DNA of 64,000 nt from Gammaproteobacteria bacterium (GTDB taxonomy: Bacteria; Pseudomonadota; Gammaproteobacteria; Nitrosococcales; Methylophagaceae): assembly GCA_034110895.1 (NCBI GenBank), contig JAWUYH010000025.1, positions 671-64,670 on the forward strand. The letters are read 5' to 3'. The notes below the pieces were generated by a model. It saw nothing but the letters and a program-made list of their open reading frames with translations. It was not told the DNA's origin and made no database searches. This document shows positions 10,842 to 20,975 of this stretch, one piece after another. Made by a program: the position numbers and the translations under genes. Each line of letters begins with the position of its first letter. Position 1 is the first letter of the stretch.

Positions 10842-11341
10842 AGTCTACTCTTTGTTGATTAGTACGTGCATTTTTGGCTAAATATTAACGGGTTCAACAC
10901 CATATTATTTTAATCAGAAAGCGAATACTAGTATAAAAAATAAGTTAATTGACCAGATCTAGGGCTAAGCTAGTCGGATTTGTTGTTTATGCAATCATTA
11001 TTACCAATAGTTCAATCTAGTTTAGATGGACTCGCTTGATTGGTCATTGTTGCCAGAATTAGCATGATTGTAAAATTTTTTTATAACCTTACGTTTAAAG
11101 TATAACAAAGCGCTGCCAAAAGCTGAGGTTATTAGGCTGGGAAACATTTAAAACTAGGAGTTATTGATAATCATAGTCTGGCTAAACAAACTGTTTTAGC
11201 TAAGAAATCATAGGTTTTTCAGTGACAACGACCAATGTCATTTTATTTTATTGATTGTGATAGCAGGATGTTTGCTTTATGCTTTCTACAACTAAATGAT
11301 GATTATCTTAACCATTATAAATTTATAATTAGGGCTTAATT

Positions 11342-12082
11342 TTGACTACTTTTTCACTACTTAAAACTCTACGTGTTGTTTGCTTATTTATTTGCCTAGG
11401 CCTTTTATCTGCCTGTGCAACTCCTACTAAGCCCTCATCGACTGACAATGTCAGTTTTGGTAAACAACCAACAGATTATCAAAATATCGTCAAAACATAT
11501 CTTCAAAACAAGCCCACTAAAACACCTTTGAATATACAAAATATTGAATTCCTAAACGAACCCAATAAATTCATTTATGAAACTTTTAGGCAAGAGAAAT
11601 TTGGCTACCGGGTGTGTACACTGATTAATACGGATAATAATAATGGCTTACGAGCACACTTTTTTTTAATTAACGATGGCAGGATAATTCAACATTCACA
11701 AGATTTAGGTCTTCTTGCTTTGTCTAAGAAAATCTGTGATGTTGATATGCTGACCTCAAACAATAGAGCGGTTAATGCCGCTATTGTTCCTGCTGTTGTG
11801 GCTGAAGTTGTTGATGAAAATGGCTTTAAATATATTAGCTGTCAAGCCAATAGCAGCCAACTTTTCTTTGCTTTTAACAAAGAGACAGGCCAATTATTAG
11901 AGCAACATGACGGTAAACAAGTGGCCGTTATGGATATTGAAGAGATTACTGAAACCTATATTATTGCCACATCAGTTGAGCGTCGTATTTCTATTAACCG
12001 TATCTCGGGTATGCTGTTAGATAGGACGAGTGATACTGAATCTCAGGCAGTTTGTGAATTAAGTAGTCAACAGCGATTTTAA
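11342..12082 (+). CDS. Hypothetical lipoprotein
   Basis: TTG start. Lipobox LGLLSAC-A after a hydrophobic leader. No recognisable catalytic motifs. Confidence 0.5.
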   Translation: MTTFSLLKTLRVVCLFICLGLLSACATPTKPSSTDNVSFGKQPTDYQNIVKTYLQNKPTKTPLNIQNIEFLNEPNKFIYETFRQEKFGYRVCTLINTDNNNGLRAHFFLINDGRIIQHSQDLGLLALSKKICDVDMLTSNNRAVNAAIVPAVVAEVVDENGFKYISCQANSSQLFFAFNKETGQLLEQHDGKQVAVMDIEEITETYIIATSVERRISINRISGMLLDRTSDTESQAVCELSSQQRF

Positions 12083-12512
12083 TTAAACAGCTGACTTTAT
12101 TTATTAAGTATAAGGATGCCATTTTAATGTAGGCAGTACTTGGCAATGAAAAGTATCTGCCACTGTTACTGAGCTAACAAATAAACTATCCTAAATTGAT
12201 AGTGAGAAAAATAGAGTAAGTAATTACATTACAATGTAACTTTAACATGATGATTTTAATGATGTCTATTTGGTTTTAAGTGGAGGTAGAAAGCTCTGTT
12301 GTTTGATTTTTATAGTGTAAGTAAGCAAGGGGCTGTGTAAAGGCTTGTTCTATTGTCCATTGACAAACACTACTAGGCCCTTGTTTTGGCCGAGTTTGAT
12401 AGTGCTTATCATGCCGAGTTGTTCTAATCAGTATGTTGCTCTGTTGAGACTTGACTGGCTTAACTTGGTCACCACAGTGTTAACGACTGTATCTGTTCAA
12501 GACATACAAGAC

Positions 12513-13493
12513 CTAAAAGTCATCTCGTTCAACTTGAAGATAGACCAAACTAATATGTTTACCTAACTCTTCTTCAAAACCAACCCAGCTTGAAAATTTA
12601 GTCATACTTGCCATAATCGGTTCTTTCATTTCAAAGTCAGACATATCTTGTTGGTAATAGTCACTCACCAATTGATGTAATTGTGTCAGATACGCGAGAT
12701 AATCTTCAGGAATTGAATTATGGCCTGACGGGCCATGACCAGGAATATAATGTATAAACTCTAGCTTTAATACTTCCTTGATAGCGGAAATATTACCTAC
12801 TATATCGCCATCATCAAGATGGGGCATGCGGTTATTGAGGACATTATCACCCAGAAAAATAGTATCAAGCTCAACTACTTCTATCATAATGTCATTATTG
12901 GTATGGCTGACACCATAATGATGAATTTTGAAAGTTAAATTATCAAAAATGATTTCATCATTATTTTTAACGGGATGAGTGGGAGCATAAATATGAGTAT
13001 TAACTAGCGGATCTTCTGTTAACTGTCTCATCAATGATAACCAGTGTTTTCCTGTACCTTGGTTAATGGATGTGATCATGTCTGCATGAGCATAAACCGG
13101 AATATTAGGGTACTTTTCAATGATTGCTTGATTGGCAAGCCAATGGTCGCCGTGTTCATGAGTATTAAAAATAGCAATGATAGGCAGCTCAGTTATCTGG
13201 CTGATACGTTTAACAATAATTTCACCAATAAGATTGCTGCTACCTGGATCTATAACAACAACACCTGATTTAGTAATGATAACGCCAGGATTGTTAATAA
13301 ACCCTTTATTGCTTGCGTTGGGTTGTTCATTGAGCCCATGAATAACGTAAAGGTTTTCAGTGACCAACTCAATGGTGAATTGGTCATGATCATATCTATC
13401 TGTCACTATGGTGTCATTATTTGCAGAAGATAATGATAAAAATAGCCCATTTATGAACAACACTAAATAGATAGATAAATATTTCATATTCAT
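12513..13493 (-). CDS. Secreted MBL-fold metallo-hydrolase (SoxH-like position)
   Basis: Signal peptide MNMKYLSIYLVLFINGLFLSLSSA. Metallo-beta-lactamase box NTHEHGDHW. Divergent from soxC. Confidence 0.7.
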   Translation of the reverse strand: MNMKYLSIYLVLFINGLFLSLSSANNDTIVTDRYDHDQFTIELVTENLYVIHGLNEQPNASNKGFINNPGVIITKSGVVVIDPGSSNLIGEIIVKRISQITELPIIAIFNTHEHGDHWLANQAIIEKYPNIPVYAHADMITSINQGTGKHWLSLMRQLTEDPLVNTHIYAPTHPVKNNDEIIFDNLTFKIHHYGVSHTNNDIMIEVVELDTIFLGDNVLNNRMPHLDDGDIVGNISAIKEVLKLEFIHYIPGHGPSGHNSIPEDYLAYLTQLHQLVSDYYQQDMSDFEMKEPIMASMTKFSSWVGFEEELGKHISLVYLQVERDDF

Positions 13494-13604
13494 AACTTTT
13501 GAAACTCACTGGAAATTAGGTGGATATACGTATTCTAAAAAATATGTAAGTCGATACTATAGGGTTATCAAAATTTTCGATATAAGTAAAAATACAGGTG
13601 AGAT

Positions 13605-14921
13605 GTGAAAAAGTTATCTACAACAACAAGAGGCCTACTCAGAGAAATTAAAGCTGAGGCAGCTGAAATACCAGTGGCAGAGCGTCGAAACTTTTTACTA
13701 AGGGGACTACAACTAACAGCGGGTTCTGCCTTTGCTATGGGCGCTGCTAAAGTAATGGCTGAGGGTTCATTGCCGCCAAATATACCCGCATGGACTAAAT
13801 CATTAGGTCGAGGCGTAGTATCAGTCCCTTACGGTCAACCTTCTAGGTTTGAAGATGATGTTATACGCCGTACCGTATCTTGGCTAACCGCGACAACAGA
13901 ATCTTCAATCAGCATGACGCCGATACATGAAATGAAGGGCATAATTACGCCTAGTGGTTTGGTATTTGAACGTTATCATGCCGGTTTACCTGATGTGGAT
14001 CCTGATCAACACCGTTTAATGATACATGGTATGGTCGACAATCCTATTACATTGACCATGGATGATTTAATGCGCTTTCCATCTGAGTCAGTTATTCATT
14101 TTCTTGAATGCCCAGCTAATGGTGGTATGGAGTGGCATGGCACACAAATGGAAGCATTACAGTTTACGCACGGTATGCTCAGTTGCTGTGAATGGACAGG
14201 GGTTAAATTATCAACCATTTTGGAAGAAGTCGGCATTTCACCCGATGCTAAATGGGTCTTAGCGGAGGGTGCTGATGGTGCAACCATGACTCGTAGTATT
14301 CCTATAGAAAAAGCGTTAGATGATACTCTGGTTGTTTATGCTCAAAATGGTGAAAAATTACGTCCAGAACAGGGTTACCCCGTTAGATTGTTTAATCCAG
14401 GCTGGGAAGGCAATACCAGCATCAAGTGGCTGCGTCGTTTAGAAATTGGTGATAAACCTTGGTATCAAAGGGAAGAAACATCGAAATATACTGATTTAAT
14501 GCCAGATGGAACAGCAAGAAAGTTCAGTTTTATTCAAGAATCAAATTCAGTGATAACCTCACCGTGTCCTGAGCGGCCGATGTTAAGGAAAGGGGTGCAT
14601 GAGTTAGAAGGCATCGCCTGGTCTGGCCGAGGAACAGTTAAACGGGTGGATGTTTCACTTGATGGCGGAGTAAGCTGGCGTCAAGCTAAACTTAAAGGTT
14701 TGGTGCTTCCAAAAGCAATTACTCGATTTAGCCTGGAAATTAATTGGCAGGGAGAACCACTTTTACTGCAAAGTCGTTCTATTGATGAAACCGGCTATGT
14801 ACAACCTACACTGACTCAATTACGTGATATACGAGGTAGTAATTCTATCTACCATAAAAATTCCATTCATACATGGAAATTAGATACAGATGGGACGGTA
14901 AGTAATGTTCAATTGGGATAA
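13605..14921 (+). CDS. soxC: Molybdopterin sulfane/sulfite dehydrogenase subunit SoxC
   Basis: GTG start. Tat-like leader RRNFLLRGLQLTAGSAFAMG. Sulfite-oxidase-family size and architecture. Followed by a di-haem cytochrome c and the rest of sox. Confidence 0.8.
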   Translation: MKKLSTTTRGLLREIKAEAAEIPVAERRNFLLRGLQLTAGSAFAMGAAKVMAEGSLPPNIPAWTKSLGRGVVSVPYGQPSRFEDDVIRRTVSWLTATTESSISMTPIHEMKGIITPSGLVFERYHAGLPDVDPDQHRLMIHGMVDNPITLTMDDLMRFPSESVIHFLECPANGGMEWHGTQMEALQFTHGMLSCCEWTGVKLSTILEEVGISPDAKWVLAEGADGATMTRSIPIEKALDDTLVVYAQNGEKLRPEQGYPVRLFNPGWEGNTSIKWLRRLEIGDKPWYQREETSKYTDLMPDGTARKFSFIQESNSVITSPCPERPMLRKGVHELEGIAWSGRGTVKRVDVSLDGGVSWRQAKLKGLVLPKAITRFSLEINWQGEPLLLQSRSIDETGYVQPTLTQLRDIRGSNSIYHKNSIHTWKLDTDGTVSNVQLG

Positions 14922-14928
14922 TAAAATA

Positions 14929-15885
14929 ATGATCAAGGTGTTGTTATTAATCAGCATATTTGCCTTTTCACAAACAGTGTGGAGTAAAGATTCTGGCTAC
15001 TACGGTTATGGTCAGCCTGCAACTCCAGAAGAAATAGCTGGCTGGGATATAGATGTGAGGCCTGATGGTAAAGGTCTACCGATTGGAAGTGGCACGGTCT
15101 CATATGGTGAAGAGTTATATGAAGCTAAATGTGCATCGTGTCATGGTGCGTTTGGTGAAGGTGAAGGACGTTGGCCAAAACTGGCAGGTGGTTTTGATAC
15201 CTTATCTGACGCAAAACCTGAAAAAACAGTAGGTAGTTATTGGCCCTATGCCAGTACTCTGTGGGATTATATTCATCGTGCAATGCCATTTACACAGCCA
15301 CAGTCATTAACCGCTGATGAAACATATGCATTGACAGCGTATGTACTTTATCTCAATGAAATTATTGAGGATGAAGACTTTGAACTTAATCAAGATAATT
15401 TTACTGACATTGAAATGCCTAATAAAGACGGCTTTTTTGTCGATCCAAGACCAGATGTTAACAATCCAGCTTGTATGAATGATTGCAAAGATCCAGCAGC
15501 AATAAAAGTAACGTCAGCGATTAAAGGGATCACACCACTTGAACATATAGACAAAGAAAAACAGTCAAGTGAACAAAAAATGCCCGTTATTGAAGAGCAA
15601 TCTATAACGGATCCATCAAAAGTAAATGAAATGAAAATGGGTGGTAGTATCTATGGTAAGTCGTGTGTTATCTGTCATGGACAAGGTGTAACTGGTGCAC
15701 CGATATTTGGCGATAAGGAGGCTTGGGCACCGCGCATCAAACAAGGGCTTGAATTACTCAATAAACATGCATTAGAAGGCTATGCTGGCGATGCAGGTGT
15801 TATGCCGGCTAAAGGTGGCAACCCAAGCTTAACAGATCAAGAAGTTAATGCAGCGGTGTTGTATATGATAGAGAATAGTCAATAA
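14929..15885 (+). CDS. soxD: Di-haem cytochrome c subunit SoxD
   Basis: Signal peptide MIKVLLLISIFAFSQTVWS. Two CxxCH motifs (CASCHG, CVICHG). Start ATG 14929 preferred over 14905, which overlaps soxC. Confidence 0.7.
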   Translation: MIKVLLLISIFAFSQTVWSKDSGYYGYGQPATPEEIAGWDIDVRPDGKGLPIGSGTVSYGEELYEAKCASCHGAFGEGEGRWPKLAGGFDTLSDAKPEKTVGSYWPYASTLWDYIHRAMPFTQPQSLTADETYALTAYVLYLNEIIEDEDFELNQDNFTDIEMPNKDGFFVDPRPDVNNPACMNDCKDPAAIKVTSAIKGITPLEHIDKEKQSSEQKMPVIEEQSITDPSKVNEMKMGGSIYGKSCVICHGQGVTGAPIFGDKEAWAPRIKQGLELLNKHALEGYAGDAGVMPAKGGNPSLTDQEVNAAVLYMIENSQ

Positions 15886-15922
15886 GAGTTGTTTATTTAA
15901 GTCTGAAAGAAAAGGAAAGAAT

Positions 15923-16297
15923 ATGAATAAAGTAGCAATACAAATAGTTGGCTTAGTGACTCTTTTTACAATGGGTATTTCATATTCCTTAGCAACTGAA
16001 GTTGATCCATCAGCAAATGAAGCTAGTGTCCTAGAACAAGGTAAACAATTAGTTTTTGATAGAAAAAAAGGTAATTGTTTAGCCTGCCATGCTATTTCTG
16101 GTGGTGAGTTAATGGGAAATTTAGGTCCTGAGTTAGTCAATATGAAAGGTCGATATCCAGATAAAAGAATACTTAAGGACCAGATTTGGGATGCAACAAA
16201 ACAAAATCCAGCAACCTCTATGCCTCCCTTTGGAAGACATAGAATGTTGACAGATGAAGAAATCAATAAAGTGGTTGAGTATATCTACAGCCTATAA
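15923..16297 (+). CDS. soxX: Monohaem cytochrome c SoxX
   Basis: 124 aa, signal peptide, single CLACH haem motif, positioned immediately before soxYZA. Confidence 0.75.
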   Translation: MNKVAIQIVGLVTLFTMGISYSLATEVDPSANEASVLEQGKQLVFDRKKGNCLACHAISGGELMGNLGPELVNMKGRYPDKRILKDQIWDATKQNPATSMPPFGRHRMLTDEEINKVVEYIYSL

Positions 16298-16326
16298 AGA
16301 TTATTAAGAATTAACGAGAGGTCAAC

Positions 16327-16788
16327 ATGTTAGAAAACAGAAGAAAAATACTAAAAAGGATCGTTGAGGCAACAGCCGTAATAGGTGCTGTACTAATAAT
16401 GCCTAAACTAGCATTTGCAAAATGGTCAAAAGCTTTTGATGCGGATACAACAGAAGCAGCAATGACAGGTTTGTTTAACAACACTGAAACAATCGCGAGT
16501 GATAAAGTATTTTTGAAAGTACCTGAAATTGCAGAAAATGGGGCCGTTGTGCCAGTTAATGTGAAAACTGATATTGAAAATGTAAAAAGCATAAGTGTCG
16601 TCGCTTTTAAAAACCCACAACCCTTAGCATGTTCATTCACTATTCCTGAAGGCACAGATAGTGATGTATCAATTCGAATTAGATTATTCGAAACTATGGA
16701 TGTACAAGCGATAGTTGAGACCCATGATGGCAAGCTATTTAGTGTACAAAAAGAAGTGAAAGTCACCATCGGTGGTTGTGGCGGTTAA
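16327..16788 (+). CDS. soxY: Sulfur carrier protein SoxY
   Basis: Tat leader NRRKILKR and the diagnostic C-terminal GGCGG* swinging-arm motif. Confidence 0.9.
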   Translation: MLENRRKILKRIVEATAVIGAVLIMPKLAFAKWSKAFDADTTEAAMTGLFNNTETIASDKVFLKVPEIAENGAVVPVNVKTDIENVKSISVVAFKNPQPLACSFTIPEGTDSDVSIRIRLFETMDVQAIVETHDGKLFSVQKEVKVTIGGCGG

Positions 16789-16809
16789 GGTTGAATTGGG
16801 GATATAAAA

Positions 16810-17112
16810 ATGAAAGTTAAAGCAAAAGTAAAAAATGACAAAGTAAAAGTAAAATTATTGGTTAAACATCCTATGGATACTGGATTACAAAAAGACAAAA
16901 ATAGTGGTGATTTAATACCTGTCAAATATATTCATGAATTATCTTGTGTTCACGATGGGAAAACAGTTTTCTTAGCAAGCTTTGGCAGGGCTGTGTCGAA
17001 GGATCCGTATCTAGCATTTTCATTTTCTGGTGGTAAAAAAGGCGATACCTTGTCACTGAAATGGGTAGATAGCATGGGTGATACAGAAGAATTTGAAGCG
17101 GTTATTAAATAA
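16810..17112 (+). CDS. soxZ: SoxZ (SoxY partner)
   Basis: 100 aa. KVKLLVKHPMDTGLQKD...LIPVKYI is the conserved SoxZ core. Directly after soxY. Confidence 0.85.
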   Translation: MKVKAKVKNDKVKVKLLVKHPMDTGLQKDKNSGDLIPVKYIHELSCVHDGKTVFLASFGRAVSKDPYLAFSFSGGKKGDTLSLKWVDSMGDTEEFEAVIK

Positions 17113-17137
17113 AGTCACGCATAGAAGGGCTTCCAAC

Positions 17138-17974
17138 ATGAAACGAAAAACCTATTTTACATTAGCTATAGCAATCAGTATGTCAGTGATGACGCCAAGT
17201 TTTGCTGATCCTGTTTCTGATAATGAAACAGTAAGAACATATTTTGCAGATATTTTCCCAGAACTTGCTCTAGAAAGCTATGTAGATGGTGCTTATGCAA
17301 TAGATAAAAATGGTCGGGATCAGTGGCTACAAATTGAAGAGTTTCCTCCCTATGATGATGCTATAGACAATGGTGAAGAGTTATTTGATATTGCTTTTGC
17401 AAATGGTAAGTCCTATGCAAGCTGTTTCGATAATGAGGGTATTGCGATAAAACAAAACTACCCTTACTTCGATACAGAAAAAAACCAAGTGGTTACACTG
17501 GAGTTAGCCATTAACGAGTGTCGTATTAAAAACGGTGAGCAGCCATTAGCCTACGGTAAAGGACCTCTTGCCTATCTATCTGCGTATATGGCATCAACAT
17601 CTCGTGGTGAATTAATTAATGTAATTGTGCCTGACAATGCAGGTGCACAAGCTGCCTATGAAGAGGGCAAAAAATTCTTCTATGCACGACGTGGACAACT
17701 TAATATGGCCTGTGCTACTTGTCATATGGCGAGTGCTGGTAAGCGATTACGGGCAGATATTTTAAGTCCTGCCTTGGGGCATGTCAGTCATTTCCCTGCC
17801 TTTAGAGCTAAGTGGGATGATGTGGGTACGATTCAACGACGTTATGCTGGTTGTAATATGCAAATTCGTTCAAAACCATTTAAGTTACAAAGTGAACAGT
17901 ATCGGAACTTAGAATATTTTCATACTTATATGAGTAATGGTCTTCCTTTAAATGGTCCTGGCACAAGGAAATAA
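17138..17974 (+). CDS. soxA: Cytochrome c SoxA (monohaem type)
   Basis: Signal peptide MKRKTYFTLAIAISMSVMTPSFA. CATCH haem motif. Conserved RYAGCNMQIR Cys-ligand region. Start ATG 17138 chosen because 17078 overlaps soxZ. Confidence 0.8.
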   Translation: MKRKTYFTLAIAISMSVMTPSFADPVSDNETVRTYFADIFPELALESYVDGAYAIDKNGRDQWLQIEEFPPYDDAIDNGEELFDIAFANGKSYASCFDNEGIAIKQNYPYFDTEKNQVVTLELAINECRIKNGEQPLAYGKGPLAYLSAYMASTSRGELINVIVPDNAGAQAAYEEGKKFFYARRGQLNMACATCHMASAGKRLRADILSPALGHVSHFPAFRAKWDDVGTIQRRYAGCNMQIRSKPFKLQSEQYRNLEYFHTYMSNGLPLNGPGTRK

Positions 17975-17975
17975 C

Positions 17976-18389
17976 ATGATGACTAAAATAAATAAGCTAA
18001 AGCTGGTTTGTATCTTGCTAATTCCCGTTATATTGTCTGCCTGTTCTGATAAGGAAGACGCTGCTGACGTTGCTAACGAGCCTATACAGCAACAAGAACC
18101 GCTTGCACAAACTATAAAACAGAAGGTAATGGAAACAACAAGTGTCGAGGTGCATTTACAAGATTTAATGCATCATGTCGCTCAGGAAGAACGTCATGCG
18201 AATAAGTATGGCTATGTGTGGAGTGTCACGGAAGCACTCATCGTTAAAGGTTATGCCGAGGCAGAAAAAGGCAATGAAAAAATAGCTAAACAGTTATTCT
18301 ATGAGGCAAAGTTACAATTCGAACTTTCGGTTGAGCAAGCAAAATATGCTGAGCAGAATTGGACACTACTTGTTCCTGAAGAATATTAA
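17976..18389 (+). CDS. Hypothetical helical lipoprotein in the sox operon (occupies the SoxK position)
   Basis: Lipobox VILSAC-S. Starts 2 nt after the soxA stop. No motifs recognised; the SoxK assignment rests on position only. Confidence 0.4.
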   Translation: MMTKINKLKLVCILLIPVILSACSDKEDAADVANEPIQQQEPLAQTIKQKVMETTSVEVHLQDLMHHVAQEERHANKYGYVWSVTEALIVKGYAEAEKGNEKIAKQLFYEAKLQFELSVEQAKYAEQNWTLLVPEEY

Positions 18390-18418
18390 TCTAAGTCTAA
18401 ACTCATAAGGTAAAAATA

Positions 18419-19069
18419 ATGAAAAAACTATTAATTAGTACAGCAATATTGTTCTCAAGTTTATTTTTTATAAGCCAGTCCTATGCATTAGAAGTTCAGA
18501 TCACACCAGATTTAGCATCCGTTGATGTTATGCATGATGGTGAAAAAGTGACGATTATGCGAAATCAAGATACCAAAAATACGGTTAATCCAGATTATGC
18601 TAAAACATCTAGAATGTGCCCACCTTTTTGTATCAGACCAATAAAAATTGCTGAAGGTGTAGAAACGGTTGGTGAAGTAGAAATGATTCACTATTTGAAA
18701 ATGAAAAGTGATGGTGACGACTCTATCTTAGTGATCGATTCACGCACACCAGATTGGGTTGCTAAAGGAACTATTCCAGGTTCTATCAATATTCCATGGG
18801 TGAAATTATCACCAGCCAAAGGTGCCGATCCATTTAGTATTGCAGAAATCATGCAAGAACAATTTGGCGTTATCGAACAAGAGGGTTTATGGAATTTTTC
18901 AAAAGCTAAAACCTTAGTGATGTATTGTAATGGTATGTGGTGTGGTCAATCACCAAGAAATATCCTTGCTTTGTTAAACTTTGGCTACCCAGCAGCAAAA
19001 ATCAAATGGTACCGCGGTGGTATGCAAAACTGGGAAGCATTAGGTTTATCAACAGTAAAACAAAAATAA
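18419..19069 (+). CDS. Periplasmic rhodanese-domain sulfurtransferase (SoxL-like)
   Basis: Signal peptide. Rhodanese active-site loop YCNGMWCGQSPR. Lies between soxA and soxB. Confidence 0.7.
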   Translation: MKKLLISTAILFSSLFFISQSYALEVQITPDLASVDVMHDGEKVTIMRNQDTKNTVNPDYAKTSRMCPPFCIRPIKIAEGVETVGEVEMIHYLKMKSDGDDSILVIDSRTPDWVAKGTIPGSINIPWVKLSPAKGADPFSIAEIMQEQFGVIEQEGLWNFSKAKTLVMYCNGMWCGQSPRNILALLNFGYPAAKIKWYRGGMQNWEALGLSTVKQK

Positions 19070-19095
19070 TTACAGAGTAGTCTCAACAAACTTCA

Positions 19096-19167
19096 CCACT
19101 GCCCTTGGTATAGGTATCAAATTTTTTGATCCTTATTACCTTAAATTATAGGGCAGTGGTTTTTTTA
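19096..19167 (+). terminator. Long-loop hairpin plus T-run between the rhodanese gene and soxB
   Basis: ccactgccct (19096..19105) pairs with agggcagtgg (19150..19159), followed by T8. The loop is ~44 nt with an internal small hairpin, so this is an attenuator or weak terminator at best. Confidence 0.4.
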
Positions 19168-19189
19168 GTTTTTTATATCCGGTTATATT

Positions 19190-20944
19190 ATGAATCGTCG
19201 TGAATTCGCCCAAATACTTGCAGCAGCAAGTGTAGCAAACATCTTTCCAAGAACTAGTTTTTCAAAAGGTTTAGATGCTTCATCTGCAGATATGTACGAA
19301 ATGCCAAACTTTGGTAACGCTCGGCTTTTGCATATGACGGATAGTCATGCCCAATTATTACCAGTATATTTCAGAGAACCAAGTGTCAATATTGGGATCA
19401 CGACTGAAAATGGACGACCTCCACATTTAGTGGGTGATCATTTTCTAGATTATTTTGGCATTAAAAGTAATAGCATATCAGCGCATGCCTTTACTTCACT
19501 TGACTTCACGCAAGCAGCCAACCAGTTTGGTAAAGTAGGTGGTTATGCTCACTTAAGCACACTAGTTAAAAAACTACGCCAATCATATGGTGACCAAGGA
19601 CGCTCCTTATTACTGGATGGCGGTGATACATGGCAAGGTTCTGCCACAGCCTATTGGACACGTGGTAAAGATATGGTTGAAGCATCCAATATTTTGGGTG
19701 TAGACGTGATGACAGGGCATTGGGAGTTCACTTATAAGGATGATGAAGTATTGGAAAATATTTCAGAGTTCAATGGCGAATTTCTTGCTCATAATGTAAA
19801 AGTAGACGAAGAAGCCTTATTTGATGGGGCTGAAGCCTACGATGAAGATGAGGGTTATGCCTTTAAACCCTATACTATGAAAGCAATGGGGGATCACCGA
19901 GTAGCCATTATAGGCCAAGCATTTCCCTATACACCAATTGCAAATCCTAAACGATTTATCCCTGATTGGACTTTTGGTATTCAATCAGATGAGCTACAAC
20001 AACTTATTGATAAGGTTCGCGAAACTGAGTCACCTGATGCGGTGATTCTTTTGTCACATAATGGTATGGATGTTGACTTGAAGTTAGCTGCCACAGTGAC
20101 CGGTCTGGACGTTATATTAGGTGGACATACTCACGATGGTGTACCCAAACCGGTGGCTGTTAAAAATTCAAGTGGTACTACCTTAGTAAGCAATGCGGGC
20201 TCTAATGGTAAATACCTCGCAGTATTGGATTTGGAGCTCGGAAAGGGACGTGTTATCGATTATCGTTATACCCTGCTGCCTGTCTTTTCAAACTTCATCG
20301 ATGCCGATCCAGAAATGGCTAGTTATATTGAAAAAACGCGTCAACCTTATCTTGATATATTGACTGAAAATTTGGCGGTAGCAGATGAGTTGCTATATCG
20401 ACGAGGTAATTTTAACGGCACATTTGATCAAGTAATATGTAATGCTTTATGTGACGTTAATGGTGCGGATATTTCACTTTCTCCAGGTTTTAGGTGGGGA
20501 ACAACAGTACTACCTGGGCAAGCGATTACGATGGAACATGTAATGGACCAGACATGTATTACATATCCTGAAACCTATACCAGAGATATGACCGGCACCC
20601 AAATCAAGGCAATATTAGAAGATGTCTGTGACAATATCTTTAATCTAGACCCATTTTATAGGCAAGGTGGTGATATGGTTCGACTTGGTGGTATGGACTA
20701 CACCTGTGATCCAACAGCTGTCATGGGTAAACGGATCACAGAAATGCGACTCAATAACGGTGAAATGATTAGTGCAAGTAAGACGTATAAAGTAGCAGGT
20801 TGGGCAACGGTTAATTCACAGTCTGACGGTGCGCCTATTTGGGACGTTGTGGCGGATTATTTACGTGAGATCCAACATGTTACTTTGGATAAACTTAATA
20901 CTCCCATCATTAAAAATATGGAAGGTAATAAAGGTATTGTTTAG
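19190..20944 (+). CDS. soxB: Thiosulfohydrolase SoxB (di-manganese, 5'-nucleotidase fold)
   Basis: Tat leader MNRREFAQILAAAS. Metallophosphoesterase motifs (HMTDSHAQ, GGDTWQGS, GHWEF, LSHNG, GGHTH). 584 aa. Confidence 0.9.
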   Translation: MNRREFAQILAAASVANIFPRTSFSKGLDASSADMYEMPNFGNARLLHMTDSHAQLLPVYFREPSVNIGITTENGRPPHLVGDHFLDYFGIKSNSISAHAFTSLDFTQAANQFGKVGGYAHLSTLVKKLRQSYGDQGRSLLLDGGDTWQGSATAYWTRGKDMVEASNILGVDVMTGHWEFTYKDDEVLENISEFNGEFLAHNVKVDEEALFDGAEAYDEDEGYAFKPYTMKAMGDHRVAIIGQAFPYTPIANPKRFIPDWTFGIQSDELQQLIDKVRETESPDAVILLSHNGMDVDLKLAATVTGLDVILGGHTHDGVPKPVAVKNSSGTTLVSNAGSNGKYLAVLDLELGKGRVIDYRYTLLPVFSNFIDADPEMASYIEKTRQPYLDILTENLAVADELLYRRGNFNGTFDQVICNALCDVNGADISLSPGFRWGTTVLPGQAITMEHVMDQTCITYPETYTRDMTGTQIKAILEDVCDNIFNLDPFYRQGGDMVRLGGMDYTCDPTAVMGKRITEMRLNNGEMISASKTYKVAGWATVNSQSDGAPIWDVVADYLREIQHVTLDKLNTPIIKNMEGNKGIV

Positions 20945-20975
20945 ACAATATGCAGCAGTATTAGACTAGATAGTC

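Noticed and set aside
12345-12566. 73-aa plus-strand ORF
   Set aside because: It overlaps the 3' end of the MBL-fold gene on the other strand and has no supporting signals.
13605-15885. Calling the molybdoenzyme/cytochrome pair SorAB sulfite dehydrogenase
   Set aside because: The cytochrome partner is a ~320-aa di-haem protein rather than a small monohaem SorB, and the pair heads a complete sox cluster. SoxCD is the better call, though phylogeny would be needed for certainty.
15829-16769. 145-aa and 152-aa minus-strand ORFs (15829..16266, 16311..16769) and the 64-aa ORF 16426..16620
   Set aside because: They lie antisense to, and are fully covered by, the well-supported soxX and soxY genes. 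Shadow ORFs.
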